From NCBI GenBank assembly GCA_050248855.1, contig JBFWRP010000002.1:64001-128000 (forward strand): DNA of 64,000 nt. Reading direction: 5' to 3'. This document shows positions 47,063 to 56,926 of the stretch, piece by piece (the stretch's first letter is position 1; each line of letters begins with the position of its first letter). This DNA comes from Planctomycetota bacterium (GTDB lineage: Bacteria > Planctomycetota > PLA2 > JAEUHO01). Below the pieces are notes generated by a model. It saw nothing but the letters and a program-made list of their open reading frames with translations, was not told the origin of the DNA and searched no databases. The position numbers were made by a program, and so were the translations under genes.

Positions 47063-47100
47063 ATGATGTCCCATCTGAAAGACATGTCAATGGGGACATC
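47063..47100 (-). promoter_or_regulatory. Sigma-70 promoter flanked by inverted operator half-sites
   Basis: Minus strand TTGACA (47085-47090), 16 nt, CATCAT; GATGTCCC (47065-47072) and GGGACATC (47093-47100) form an inverted pair. Confidence 0.6.
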
Positions 47101-47155
47101 CCACGTGGCATGCGGTCACGCCTTCCCCAACGCCTCGCGGCCACGGCAGCCGCGG

Positions 47156-49852
47156 TCACACGCCGGGCGACCCCCCGGACGCGATCGTCCCTCCCGGGCA
47201 GAGGTCGGCCCTCGCGGCCTCCAGCAGCGCCGTGGGGCTGTCGACGGGAATCACCCGCGCGCCGGAGAAGAGGTGGAACCACCCGCGGTAGGCGTCGGCG
47301 TCCACCTCCCAGCCGCCGCGGGCGTACACGACGTTTGTGCCGCCGAACCAGCTGGCCAGGTACGACGAGCCGCCGACGACCGAGACGAAGTGGCGGCAGC
47401 CGGCCATGACGCGAAGCTGCAGCTCGTTGAAGGTCAGGTCGGGATGCCGGGCGTGCAGGTCCTGGATCCGCAGCACGTCGGGGTGGCGGCGCGCCAGCAG
47501 CTCGAGGTCGCCGGGCTCGCCTACCTCCTGGTGGTCGTTGACGATGTCGCCCGCGCGCGGCCGGTTGTAGACCACCTGGAAGTGGGGCGTCAGCAGCGCG
47601 ACGAGCTCCAGCAACAGGTCGTTGGGGATCGCGTTGCGCTGCCCGGGATCGGTCAGGTAGTCCTCGACCGACGTCTTGTTGCAGATCACGCAGGTGGGCT
47701 TGTCGAAGCGGAAGCGCTCGTCGGCGAAGCGCTCGGCGTAGGGCGGCGGCACCCAGCGGCCCGTGTCGAGCGTCCGGGGGAAGCAGCGCAGGTCGAAGGT
47801 CTCGCGGCCGATCGGCTGCGTGGGGTACTCGGTCGTGGGCACGTAGCGCCGCGGTTCGGCGCGTTCCTCGTGGTGGGGGGAGAACCAGTAGAGGCAGCTC
47901 GTGTCGCGCGTGCTGATCGTCCGCTCGAGCCGCCCCTGCTGGTGCAGGTGGTAGGCGTAGGGGACCACCGCCTGCATCTCGAAGGCGAACTCGCCGAGGT
48001 ACTTCGTGCCGTGGGCAAGGACCTCGTGGCAGGGCACGTCGAGGGCTTGCGCGAGGCGCGGCACCACGTCGAGGCCCTTGGTCGCGTAGCACGCCACGCC
48101 GTGCACGCGGCCTGCGCGGACGTCGCGGCACACCGCGGGCACCCAGAGCAGCGCGCTGCGCGCGGCAAAGGGGGTACGCAGGCACGCACGGAGCAAGGCG
48201 ACGCGGTGTCCCCAGGGCACGGGCCCCACGAGCCAACGCGGCAGGCTGGCCAGCACGCGAAGCGGCGAGGGCCTCGCCCGCGGGTTGTCGATCGCGGCCT
48301 CCGTCACGTCGAGCGCGACGTCGGGGCCGAACCACGAGGCCTCGCAGCGCCGCGACGGCTCGGCGAAGCGCTCGAGAACCGCCAAGCGCCGCGTTCCCGC
48401 GGACGGGGCCGCCGCCGGGAGATCGGCTGCCGGCACCGAGCCTGCGCCCTCGTTGATCCACGGCCCGAGGATCTCGCGCAGCTTGATGGCGCGGCGCGTG
48501 ACGTCAAGACGCCGGGCGGGTGCGCGCCCCGGTGCGAGCGCACGCACATGGCGCAGGAGGCGCGCGCCCTGCTGGCGGAGTCTCGTCAGGGGCGTCTTGC
48601 GCCTGCGGGGCGGAATGCGAACGGGGGAGGCGTCCGTCTCCTCGAACGCGATGCGCTGGGCGAGGGGCTGCGCGCGGTAGCGTCCGACCGCCGCCTCGAG
48701 GGCGCTGACCAGCGCGTCCAGTGAAGCGTCGAACGTGACCTCGTGGCGCACGTCGCGCGCGCGATCCGCGAGTGCGCGCGTCCGGACCTCCTCGCGCAGG
48801 TCCGCGGCCAAGTCGTCGTAGTCACGATCCCGGAGGTCCAGCAGCACGCCCAGGCGCCTGGGTTCCTCGTAGCGCCATGCGCCTTCGCGACGGTCCGAGA
48901 TGATGGGCAGTCCGGCCATCAGGTACGTGCCCAGCTTGTTGGGGATGGCGGCCAGGTCGTCAAGCGGCGGCCAGTCGAACGGGTTCCCGACGTACGACCA
49001 GCCGGCGTCGTAGCGGGAGAACTCGCGGACCCAGCGCCCCTTGATGCGGCGGACACCCGCCATGTCCTCTCCGATCGCCTGCAGGGACACGTGCAGATGG
49101 ACGTGGCGCGCAAGGAGGTCGCGATGGCGTAGCGCGTCCTCCTCGGTCAGCAAGGGCGCCAGGGCCTCGTAGGTGTCGTCGTGCCCGTTCCCGTAGATGT
49201 GGACGTGGATGCCGCGCTGGGCCAGCGCGAGCACGTCCAGGCCCAGCGGACGACCCACGCAAACCGTGTGCAGCTCGCCGTCCTGGTCGGAAAGGCGCGG
49301 CGCGAAGTCGTCCGTCAGGAACTCGGCCTTCGGTCCGTCCCCGTCCAGGAAGGCCAGCTCCTCCGTCGATGCCCAGGGCAAGAGCCCGCACCCGCCGTCG
49401 GCCTCCGGTGTCGTCCAGTAGCGCCACTTGCCCTCGTTGCACACGATGTGGCCGTCCAGCGCACGCACGACGTCGAGGTCGATCTCGTGCACGTCGAAGC
49501 CGTAGTGATGGACGATCGGGGCATCGAAGCGACCCGCGGCACGCGCGCGCAGCAGCCCGCGCAGCAGGTCCCAGACGCCGAAGTCGTGGCCCAAGCCCGA
49601 CGCATCGGGCGACCACAGGTTGCGGGCGTAGACCTGGAAGAGGCCGTACACGACGTCGAGGCCCTCGCGCGCGATGACGTCAGGCGCCTCCTGCGGCGTC
49701 ACCGTGGTGACGAGCCCGTCCAGCATGGGATACGGGCCCTGGTCCCAGGCCATGCTGCGCCCCCAGAGGCCCCACAGCTGATGGCCTTGCTCGGCGAGGC
49801 TCGCGATGCGCTCCGGGTTCCAGGAGAGCGATCCGACGAGCAGGATCTTCAT
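47156..49852 (-). CDS. Large glycosyltransferase-like fusion protein
   Basis: GT-B-like N-terminus (MKILLVG..., IPNKLGTYLMAGLPII) and a second domain (GEFAFEMQAVVPYAY...FVSVVGGSSYLASWFGG); coupled to the glf-like gene. Confidence 0.7.
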   Translation of the reverse strand: MKILLVGSLSWNPERIASLAEQGHQLWGLWGRSMAWDQGPYPMLDGLVTTVTPQEAPDVIAREGLDVVYGLFQVYARNLWSPDASGLGHDFGVWDLLRGLLRARAAGRFDAPIVHHYGFDVHEIDLDVVRALDGHIVCNEGKWRYWTTPEADGGCGLLPWASTEELAFLDGDGPKAEFLTDDFAPRLSDQDGELHTVCVGRPLGLDVLALAQRGIHVHIYGNGHDDTYEALAPLLTEEDALRHRDLLARHVHLHVSLQAIGEDMAGVRRIKGRWVREFSRYDAGWSYVGNPFDWPPLDDLAAIPNKLGTYLMAGLPIISDRREGAWRYEEPRRLGVLLDLRDRDYDDLAADLREEVRTRALADRARDVRHEVTFDASLDALVSALEAAVGRYRAQPLAQRIAFEETDASPVRIPPRRRKTPLTRLRQQGARLLRHVRALAPGRAPARRLDVTRRAIKLREILGPWINEGAGSVPAADLPAAAPSAGTRRLAVLERFAEPSRRCEASWFGPDVALDVTEAAIDNPRARPSPLRVLASLPRWLVGPVPWGHRVALLRACLRTPFAARSALLWVPAVCRDVRAGRVHGVACYATKGLDVVPRLAQALDVPCHEVLAHGTKYLGEFAFEMQAVVPYAYHLHQQGRLERTISTRDTSCLYWFSPHHEERAEPRRYVPTTEYPTQPIGRETFDLRCFPRTLDTGRWVPPPYAERFADERFRFDKPTCVICNKTSVEDYLTDPGQRNAIPNDLLLELVALLTPHFQVVYNRPRAGDIVNDHQEVGEPGDLELLARRHPDVLRIQDLHARHPDLTFNELQLRVMAGCRHFVSVVGGSSYLASWFGGTNVVYARGGWEVDADAYRGWFHLFSGARVIPVDSPTALLEAARADLCPGGTIASGGSPGV

Positions 49853-49857
49853 CGAGC

Positions 49858-51069
49858 TCAGTTCTGCCATGCGCCGCGTATGCGATGGAGCATGTCCAAC
49901 CGCTCGTCGGCCTCGGCCACGAGGTACGCCTCGAGCAGCTCGAGGAAGCGCTGCACCATGCCGAGCGTGCTGTCGGTGGTGAGGTACTTGTACATGCCCA
50001 GGCGCCCCAACGGGACGAAGCCGGCTAGGCCCGCCGCGTGGCGCAGGTAGGCCTCGACGCGCTCGGCTTCCCACCACACCGGGTACATCTTCACGCTCGG
50101 GTCGGGGATCTCGCGCAGCACCACGCGCGGCCGCGAGCGGTCGAGCCCGTGGTGGATCACGCCGAAGTCCGTGGTGCGGCACACGGGCGTCTCGGGCCAC
50201 GGCGTGTAGAGCCAGGAGAAGGGCGTTCCGTCGGGTGCACGGCCCAGGGCGTGGTCACCGTCGTGGACCTCGATCTCCGTGCGGTAGCCGGCCCACGCCA
50301 AGGGACCGTACGGATGGCCGAGGATCTCGTCGATGGGGGCCGTCGACACGACGACGTCCGCGGTCAAGGTCTCGTCGTCCGTGCGGACGCTCACCCCGGC
50401 ACCAGCGCGCTCGACGCCGCGAATGGGAACGTCGTACCGCACGTCCTGCGCCGCGAGGAGCTGGTCGAAGATCGGGTTGAAGCCGCCGCGCGGGTAGTAG
50501 TGCGGCGCCACGCTGGGCAGGCGGTAGTCGCCGGCTTCCGGGATGCGCTCCAAGCGCCGGAGCTTGCCCCAGTCCGCAGGCATGTCCTCCAAGGCCTTGC
50601 CCCAGAACTTCCGGTTGAAGCCCTCGAAGGCAAGTCGCGTGAGCGTGGGGCCCACCGTGGACTCGAGGTAGGTCTTGAGGTTGGCCTCGTCGACCGCGCC
50701 CCCGCCGGACCGCAACGCGGACCACTCCTGCTCGACCGCCAGCCCACAGGGGAGCGTCGCGAGACTCGCGCGATCCACGGGAAAGGGGATCGTCGGGTAC
50801 CCGGGGCGCAGGCGCGTTCCCTGGTAGATCGCACGTTCGTCGAGCGTCGCGAAGCGCTTCACGAACGGGAGGATGTCGGGCGTGCCGCGGAACACGCTGA
50901 TCACCCGGGGTCCGTACTCGTACGGGATGCCCTCGGGCGTCTCGAGCGTGCGCAGCATCCCACCCGGCGCCGGGCCCTTCTCCAGCACCTGCACGGCGGC
51001 ACCGCGCCCCCGCAAGAACCATGCTGCAGAGGCTCCGGCGAACCCCGCCCCGATCACGATGACCTTCAC
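49858..51069 (-). CDS. UDP-galactopyranose mutase-like flavoprotein
   Basis: GAGFAG FAD motif, K.WG, STAPID, YP, GRLGMYKY. Confidence 0.75.
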   Translation of the reverse strand: MKVIVIGAGFAGASAAWFLRGRGAAVQVLEKGPAPGGMLRTLETPEGIPYEYGPRVISVFRGTPDILPFVKRFATLDERAIYQGTRLRPGYPTIPFPVDRASLATLPCGLAVEQEWSALRSGGGAVDEANLKTYLESTVGPTLTRLAFEGFNRKFWGKALEDMPADWGKLRRLERIPEAGDYRLPSVAPHYYPRGGFNPIFDQLLAAQDVRYDVPIRGVERAGAGVSVRTDDETLTADVVVSTAPIDEILGHPYGPLAWAGYRTEIEVHDGDHALGRAPDGTPFSWLYTPWPETPVCRTTDFGVIHHGLDRSRPRVVLREIPDPSVKMYPVWWEAERVEAYLRHAAGLAGFVPLGRLGMYKYLTTDSTLGMVQRFLELLEAYLVAEADERLDMLHRIRGAWQN

Positions 51070-51230
51070 GCCGTGCCTTCGCCTCCGCTTGCCCGGCGCA
51101 TGCTAGCCGCAGACGCCATGCGGACCCCAGCTCCCACAAGTCTGGGGGCCGCTGCGATGGATGCGCTTGGAGCTGTACAGGCTTCATGGAGCCGGCGCGC
51201 TAGGGCGCTTCGCTCCGCCTGGAGTCAGCC

Positions 51231-51902
51231 ATGCCCCGTTTCACCGTCGCCGCCGCGATCTTGCTCGTCGCCGCCCTTGCAGCACCGTGCACCCCAGCCC
51301 AGGCATCCAATGTGATCAGCGGGCAGATCGGTGGTGAGGAGGTCCTGCCCGACATGGCCGACGGGCTTCGCAAGCTTGCCGCGATCGAGTCCGAGCTGCA
51401 CGAGGCATTGGCGTTTGGCCGCCGGATTCGAAGCCATGAGCTCGTGCAAGCTGCGCAGGCCTCTTTCCAGCAGGTGCAGACCGTCAAGCGGGGGGTCATC
51501 GACCTCCTCCGCATGGCGGACACGATGGTGTACGTGTACGGCGACGCCGCCCAGCGCGTGGATCGGGCCTGGATCCTGCGCTTCCTCCGCGCAGACCCTC
51601 GGCACTGGCGCCTCTCCAGCGTCCACATCTTCCAGCGCGACGGCAAGCTGCTCTGGAGCCAGAACGCTCCCATTGGCTACGACGACTCGAACGTCCCCGC
51701 GCAGCAACCGACCCCGGCCGCGCGGCCCACGGGCATGCCTCCGCTGGGCACCGTGATCGACGTCGGCGGCGTGAAGGCCGTCCCGCTGAATCTGCCCGCG
51801 TTGGGGCAGCCCTCGAAGCCCAAGCCGAAGCCGACCCCGCCGGCGCCCCCGCGCCAGCCCGGCCGTAGCGATCCGACCGCGGGCACGCTCTTCGGCTTCT
51901 AG
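51231..51902 (+). CDS. Hypothetical secreted protein with Pro-rich C-terminus
   Basis: Signal peptide ending AQA; GGAG RBS. Confidence 0.75.
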   Translation: MPRFTVAAAILLVAALAAPCTPAQASNVISGQIGGEEVLPDMADGLRKLAAIESELHEALAFGRRIRSHELVQAAQASFQQVQTVKRGVIDLLRMADTMVYVYGDAAQRVDRAWILRFLRADPRHWRLSSVHIFQRDGKLLWSQNAPIGYDDSNVPAQQPTPAARPTGMPPLGTVIDVGGVKAVPLNLPALGQPSKPKPKPTPPAPPRQPGRSDPTAGTLFGF

Positions 51903-51908
51903 GGTCGA

Positions 51909-53051
51909 TCAGCCGCGAGGGCTTGCGCGACCACCCAGGCGTCGCACGAGCCGGACCGGAGGTCGGACAAGCACCCGCTCGACGACCTTCCCTGCATGAC
52001 GAACCACGGGGGCCCGCGAGACATCGCGGGCCCTCATCATGCGTAGAGCGGGGGCTGCGCTTCGCGCCACGGTCGCCACGAAGCGAGGCTCCCCGTAGCG
52101 CATGGCGCGCTCCAAGCGTTCGACGGGGGCCAGCGGCAGGCGACGCAGCCGTCGCCGCACGGCCAAGGGAACGGGCGTTCCGTAGTCGCGTGCCACGAGC
52201 TCGAGGGCTTCGCGTACGGGCGCCAAGACCGCGGCGCGACGCGCGTCCTCGATCAGCAGCGCCCAGCGAAACGCCTCTCCCACGCCGCGCACGATGCGGT
52301 CGATGTCGACGATCCAGCGGATCGAGCCTACCCCCTGGCGCTGCAAGCCATGGAAAGCCGTGTGCAGGAGGGCGTGCTCGGGGCCCAGGCGGCGCGTGCG
52401 GACGCCCCCCAGCTCGAAGGGCACGCTCGCGGCCCAGAGCCTCTCCTCGGGGAACTCCACGAGATGTCGCTCGAAGAGGTGGAGCAGGCGGTGGTGCAAG
52501 TCGAGCGCCGGCAGCTTGTCGTCGGGGCCCATCAAGCCGACGGCGTTGCGATTTCGCCGGTAGCTGCCCGCGAGCCCGCCCTGCCAGGCCGCGGCGTACG
52601 GATCGAGATGCCAGCCCGCGGCACACAGCACGTCCACGGCCGGCACGAAGTCGGCACTGCGCACGAGCAGGTCCACGTCGGACATCGGGCGTGTGCCCAC
52701 GTCGCGGTAGTCCGGGCCCGCCAAGGCCGCGCCCTTGAGCACGATCGTGTCGATGCCATGACCGCGCAGCCGCTCGGTGGCCGCCGCGAGGCGACGGAAC
52801 AGGATCTGGTTCTCGGCCCAAGCCCGCCGGTAGAAGCCGCGCAGGCGGCCGAGCCACGGGTCGGCTTCCCCGAGCCGCTCGAGGTTGCGGTACACGAGCG
52901 GCAGGAGACGGAACGAGGCTTGGTCGATGCGATCGAGGTCCGCATCGGCCCGCCACGCGCGCCAAGCCCGTCGGGCACGCTCGCCTTCGAACAGTGCCGC
53001 GCGGAGCAGCAGCGCCTCGCGCGGGCCCGGGCGCGGGTCGTACAGCTTCAC
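51909..53051 (-). CDS. Nucleotidyltransferase family protein (NTP_transf_5-like)
   Basis: IVLKGAALA...RPMSDVDLLV, DLHHRL, W..DI. Confidence 0.88.
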   Translation of the reverse strand: MKLYDPRPGPREALLLRAALFEGERARRAWRAWRADADLDRIDQASFRLLPLVYRNLERLGEADPWLGRLRGFYRRAWAENQILFRRLAAATERLRGHGIDTIVLKGAALAGPDYRDVGTRPMSDVDLLVRSADFVPAVDVLCAAGWHLDPYAAAWQGGLAGSYRRNRNAVGLMGPDDKLPALDLHHRLLHLFERHLVEFPEERLWAASVPFELGGVRTRRLGPEHALLHTAFHGLQRQGVGSIRWIVDIDRIVRGVGEAFRWALLIEDARRAAVLAPVREALELVARDYGTPVPLAVRRRLRRLPLAPVERLERAMRYGEPRFVATVARSAAPALRMMRARDVSRAPVVRHAGKVVERVLVRPPVRLVRRLGGRASPRG

Positions 53052-53737
53052 GAGCTGCCGCCCTCCGCACGCCGGCGATCGAGCATGGCCTTGGCCAGCT
53101 TCAGGTACTCCGCGCGCGCGTCGCCTCCGCGCAGTACGCCCGTGTTGCGGGCATGGATGCGGCGCTCGGCGAGCACGACGGGCAGTCGCACCACGACGGG
53201 TCGCGTCGCCTCGAAGCGGACCCACCACGCGGGAGCTTCCGAGGCCACGAGATCGGTGGGGTAGGGGCCCGCGGCTTCGAACGCCGTGCGCTTGACCAGC
53301 AACGTGATCGGGCTGGTGCCGCTCACGATCTCCGGCTCGGGCACGCCTTCGCGCCCGAGGTCGGGGCTGAAGAACTGGCGGATCTGGCCGATCGCGGCCA
53401 CGGCCTCCGGCTGCCGCGCCAGCGCCTCGCGCTGCAGGGCCAGCTTGTGGGGAACCCAGCGATCGTCGGCGTCGAGGAACGCGAGCCAGGGCGCCGTCGT
53501 CGCGGCCACGCCACGGTTGCGCGCCGCGCCGGCACCCAGAGGTGGCTGCGTGATCACGCGCACGCGCTCGTCGTGCGCCCGCGCCACCTCGGCACTGCCG
53601 TCCGTCGAGCCATCGTCGACCACGACGACTTCGGTGGGGGGGAGCGCCTGGGCGAACACACTGGCCAGCGCTTCGTCCAGATACGCCGCGCCATCGCGCA
53701 CGGGGATCACCACCGCAACGTCGAACGGCGACGTCAT
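53048..53737 (-). CDS. Glycosyltransferase family 2
   Basis: VVIPVRDG, VVDDGSTD, ARNRG, FLDADD. Confidence 0.93.
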   Translation of the reverse strand: MTSPFDVAVVIPVRDGAAYLDEALASVFAQALPPTEVVVVDDGSTDGSAEVARAHDERVRVITQPPLGAGAARNRGVAATTAPWLAFLDADDRWVPHKLALQREALARQPEAVAAIGQIRQFFSPDLGREGVPEPEIVSGTSPITLLVKRTAFEAAGPYPTDLVASEAPAWWVRFEATRPVVVRLPVVLAERRIHARNTGVLRGGDARAEYLKLAKAMLDRRRAEGGSS

Positions 53738-54444
53738 GACGCATCGTCCAGCGGCCAGCCCGCGAGGCTGCGCACCGCACCGTCCTCGCCACGGCGTCTC
53801 GCGATCGAGTCGCGAAGGGCCGTGAAGAAGCCGCGGATGTCGGCCGCGCGGGCGTTCGTCGAGTTGGTGGCGTGGCGGCGGTAGATCTGCGCCAGCTCGG
53901 TGTCGGCGCGCGCGGGCACGCCCGCCTCCCGCGCCCGCAGGAACCAGTCCACGTCTTCGTCGTACGTCTTGGACGCGTCGAGCGGGCCGACGCGCTCGAA
54001 GGCCGCCCGCGTCACGAGCAAGGCGCCGAGGCTGGGCTCGGCGGCGGGCGGGCCCAGCGGCACGAGGCGGCCCTCGTGCTCGCGCACACGCTGCGTCTGT
54101 CCCAGGACCAGCTCGACGGCGGGCTCGCGGGTTAGGAGGGCGAGCTGGCGTTCGAGGCGCCCCGGCGTCCAGAGGTCGTCGTGGTCCAGGAACGCCAGGA
54201 CGTCCCCGCGCGCCGCGGCCACGCCGGCGTTGCGCCCGGCCGCCGCGCTGCCGAACGGACCCTCGATCACGCGCACGCGCGCGTCGTACCCCGACGCCAT
54301 CCGCGCCGTGTCGTCGGTGGATCCGTCGTCGGCCACGATGACTTCGTCCGGCGGCCGCGACTGCGTGCACACGCTTTCGAGCGCCGCGGCCAGGTACGTG
54401 GCCCCGTTCTTGACCGGCATCACGACCGAGACGATGCGCCCCAT
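53734..54444 (-). CDS. Glycosyltransferase family 2
   Basis: VVMPVKNG, DDGSTD, GRNAG, FLDHDD, EDVDW. Confidence 0.93.
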   Translation of the reverse strand: MGRIVSVVMPVKNGATYLAAALESVCTQSRPPDEVIVADDGSTDDTARMASGYDARVRVIEGPFGSAAAGRNAGVAAARGDVLAFLDHDDLWTPGRLERQLALLTREPAVELVLGQTQRVREHEGRLVPLGPPAAEPSLGALLVTRAAFERVGPLDASKTYDEDVDWFLRAREAGVPARADTELAQIYRRHATNSTNARAADIRGFFTALRDSIARRRGEDGAVRSLAGWPLDDAS

Positions 54445-54445
54445 C

Positions 54446-55513
54446 TCAGGCCTGCACCAAGGGGGCCAGCAGGGCGGGAATCGCCTCCACGTCCTCGCCG
54501 AGTGCAAGCGTGTACACGGGCGCCCCGCGAGAGATGGCCGCGAGGCGGGCGAAGGTCGTGTGCGCCGCTCCCGGCAGTGGCAGCAGCGAGCTCGGCGCCA
54601 GCGCGGCCATGCACGCGGCCGCGGACGCCGGCTCCAGCCGCGACGTGGCTTCGCCCGTCACGTGCGGGAGCAGGATGGCGGCCACGTCGAAGTCGGGCAG
54701 CATCCGTCCCCAGGTGCGGCCCACGAACAAGAGGCCCTTCTCCAGGTCGAGGCGCTCTTCGTTGGCCAGGTGCGCGGCCAGCCTGGGCATGCGCTCGAGC
54801 GTGCCCGGGCGCACGGTGGCCGAGGCGTAGAGCGCGCTGCCGCGAAGCGGCGGCCCCGGGTCGAGCACGAGGTTGTTGTCGCCGGCGTAGGCCCAGCCGG
54901 CCTCCACGCAGAGCAAGGCCGTCGTGGACTTGCCGCTGAAACCCTTGCCCGTCAGCAACAGCCCGCGTCCGTTCCGCCCGACCGCGGCAGCATGCACGAC
55001 CTGCACGCCTCGGTCGCCCAGCCACCAGGCCCAAAGGGGGCGCAGCGGGCAGGCCGTCTCGTAGTAGGGGATCGCGCGCGCGTCGCGCGTCCACACCAGG
55101 GCCCGTCCCGCGTCGGCGTCGTAGGCCAGCAGCACGCCCGAGCCAAGGTTGTAGGTGAAGCGCAGCGCACCTTCGCGGTAGCCCCTGACCTCGCCGCGCG
55201 CAAGGAGGTCCTCGTGCTCCCACGGTGGGGGTGGGATGGCCACGCCGCTCTCCGTGGAGTCGAACAGGTGGACGTGGAACGCGTCCGTGCCCGATTTCGC
55301 GAGCGCGTGCTCCAAGGCGGGCCAGATCGCCGACCGGATGGCCTCTCCGGCGAAGTGGAGCGTGGCCCGATGACCCGCGAGGCGCACGTGCTCGACGCAG
55401 ACGCGGACGCCACGTGAGGCCTCGCCCCACGCGTGGAACGCCGCCTCGAGGAAGACACGCCCGCGAGCCGTGTCGGTCGCGTCGTCCGCGACGCCGCCCT
55501 CAGGGCTGTGCAT
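54446..55513 (-). CDS. HPr-kinase-like P-loop kinase (lasso-peptide kinase-like)
   Basis: VHAAAV...LLTGKGFSGKSTT...AGDN. Confidence 0.85.
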   Translation of the reverse strand: MHSPEGGVADDATDTARGRVFLEAAFHAWGEASRGVRVCVEHVRLAGHRATLHFAGEAIRSAIWPALEHALAKSGTDAFHVHLFDSTESGVAIPPPPWEHEDLLARGEVRGYREGALRFTYNLGSGVLLAYDADAGRALVWTRDARAIPYYETACPLRPLWAWWLGDRGVQVVHAAAVGRNGRGLLLTGKGFSGKSTTALLCVEAGWAYAGDNNLVLDPGPPLRGSALYASATVRPGTLERMPRLAAHLANEERLDLEKGLLFVGRTWGRMLPDFDVAAILLPHVTGEATSRLEPASAAACMAALAPSSLLPLPGAAHTTFARLAAISRGAPVYTLALGEDVEAIPALLAPLVQA

Positions 55514-55940
55514 GCGGCCAGCCCGCTTCGTCCACCTCGTGGATCGGGTCCACGAGGAACAGCTCCTGCAGGTCGGCGAACTCCTCGATCGTGGGGGGCT
55601 GGAACTCGGCACGCTTCACGGGCGGCGCAGGCGGCGCGGGGCGGTCCTGCGGCGGCGCCCCCGCCAACACCAACCCGCGCGTCTCGAGGTCGGCCAAGAA
55701 CGCCGAGGCCGCCGCCTCGGCTGCGGCGGGCTCCACCTCGAACGCGGCCACCAGCGCCTGGGCGGCTTCGCCCACCGTCGCGCCCCGCGCCACGGCCGAC
55801 CACACCACCGTCCCGCCCTCGTCCAGCCGGAAGTAGTGCCCCGACGGGAAGTGGATCAGGATCACTTCGGCGTCGAACGCCTCGTGGGCGACATCACGTT
55901 GGTTGGGGACGTAGCAGCGGCCGTTCTCCATCGACGACAC
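55500..55940 (-). CDS. PqqD/RRE family protein with C-terminal leader-peptide-like tail
   Basis: RRE-like core (AHEAFDAEVILIHFPSGHYFRL..G..VW...FLADLETRGLV), Pro/Ala linker, then FQPPTIEEFADLQELFLVDPIHEVDEAGWP. Confidence 0.85.
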   Translation of the reverse strand: MSSMENGRCYVPNQRDVAHEAFDAEVILIHFPSGHYFRLDEGGTVVWSAVARGATVGEAAQALVAAFEVEPAAAEAAASAFLADLETRGLVLAGAPPQDRPAPPAPPVKRAEFQPPTIEEFADLQELFLVDPIHEVDEAGWPHAQP

Positions 55941-56096
55941 GATACCCGCGACGGCCCATCAGGCGCAGGTCGACCACCGCGGTGTGTCCCTCGAGCCTCC
56001 CGCGCTACCCTGACCCGCGCGTGCGCAGCAGGCGACGATGGCGGACCGGGCATGTCCGGAATCGCCTGACCTCCACGCCCCCGAGGACGGTGACCC

Positions 56097-56615
56097 GTGA
56101 CCGTTGACGTCGTGTGCATCACCGGACCGTGCGGGAGTGGCAAGTCCACGGTGGGCTTCGAGTGCATGGAGCAGCTTGAGCGCGCGAGCGTGCCGGCCGC
56201 CTTCGTCGACGGCGAGCTCGCCTACTTCCACCCCAAGCCCGCCACGGATCGCTGGGGCTACGCCGTGGCCGAGGAAGGGCTGCGGGCCCTCTGGGGCGTG
56301 TACGCCGCCGCAGGCCACACGCGCCTGCTCCTCTCGCGTGTCGTCGAAGACGACGAGCAGCTGGCCATCGTGGAGCGCGCCATCCCCGACGCCCGCATTC
56401 GCCTGTACCGCCTCGTAGCCACTCCAGCCACCATCGAGCACCGGCTTCGCCGGCGCGAGATCGGCAGCGGCCTCGCCTGGCACATCCAGCGCAGCGACGA
56501 GATCGCACGATCGACACTGGGCGAGCCGATCGACGCCGAGCGAGGCGTCATCGACATCGCCGTGGATGTGCTGCAACGTGCGGGGTGGTTGCCCCTGGAC
56601 GGTGCGACCTCGTGA
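56097..56615 (+). CDS. Small P-loop kinase (AAA_33/APS-kinase-like)
   Basis: ITGPCGSGKST, FVDGE, lid motif HRLRRR. Confidence 0.82.
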   Translation: MTVDVVCITGPCGSGKSTVGFECMEQLERASVPAAFVDGELAYFHPKPATDRWGYAVAEEGLRALWGVYAAAGHTRLLLSRVVEDDEQLAIVERAIPDARIRLYRLVATPATIEHRLRRREIGSGLAWHIQRSDEIARSTLGEPIDAERGVIDIAVDVLQRAGWLPLDGATS

Positions 56616-56926
56616 AGGTCTATCTCGACGACGAACGCCCCACGCCCGCCGGTTGGGTCGGAGCCCGCTGGCCCGAGGACGCCATCAGGCTGCTCGAGGC
56701 AGGTGGTGTCACCGAGATCAGCTTGGACCACGACCTGGGCGATGATGAGCGAGGGACGGGCTACACCGTTCTGCTCTGGATCGAAGAGGCCGTGGCCACG
56801 CGTGGATTCGTGCCGCCGCATATCCACATCAATACGGCCAATGCCTCGGCCCGCTCCAAGATGCTGCTGGGCGTGGCCAGCATTGAGCGACTGGCGCGTC
56901 GAAGCACGAGGGAGCCTGACGCGTGA
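56612..56926 (+). CDS. Cyclic-phosphate-processing receiver-like (cREC) protein
   Basis: KVYLDDERPTP.GW...ISLDHDLG...GTGY.VL.WIEE. Confidence 0.8.
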   Translation: MKVYLDDERPTPAGWVGARWPEDAIRLLEAGGVTEISLDHDLGDDERGTGYTVLLWIEEAVATRGFVPPHIHINTANASARSKMLLGVASIERLARRSTREPDA

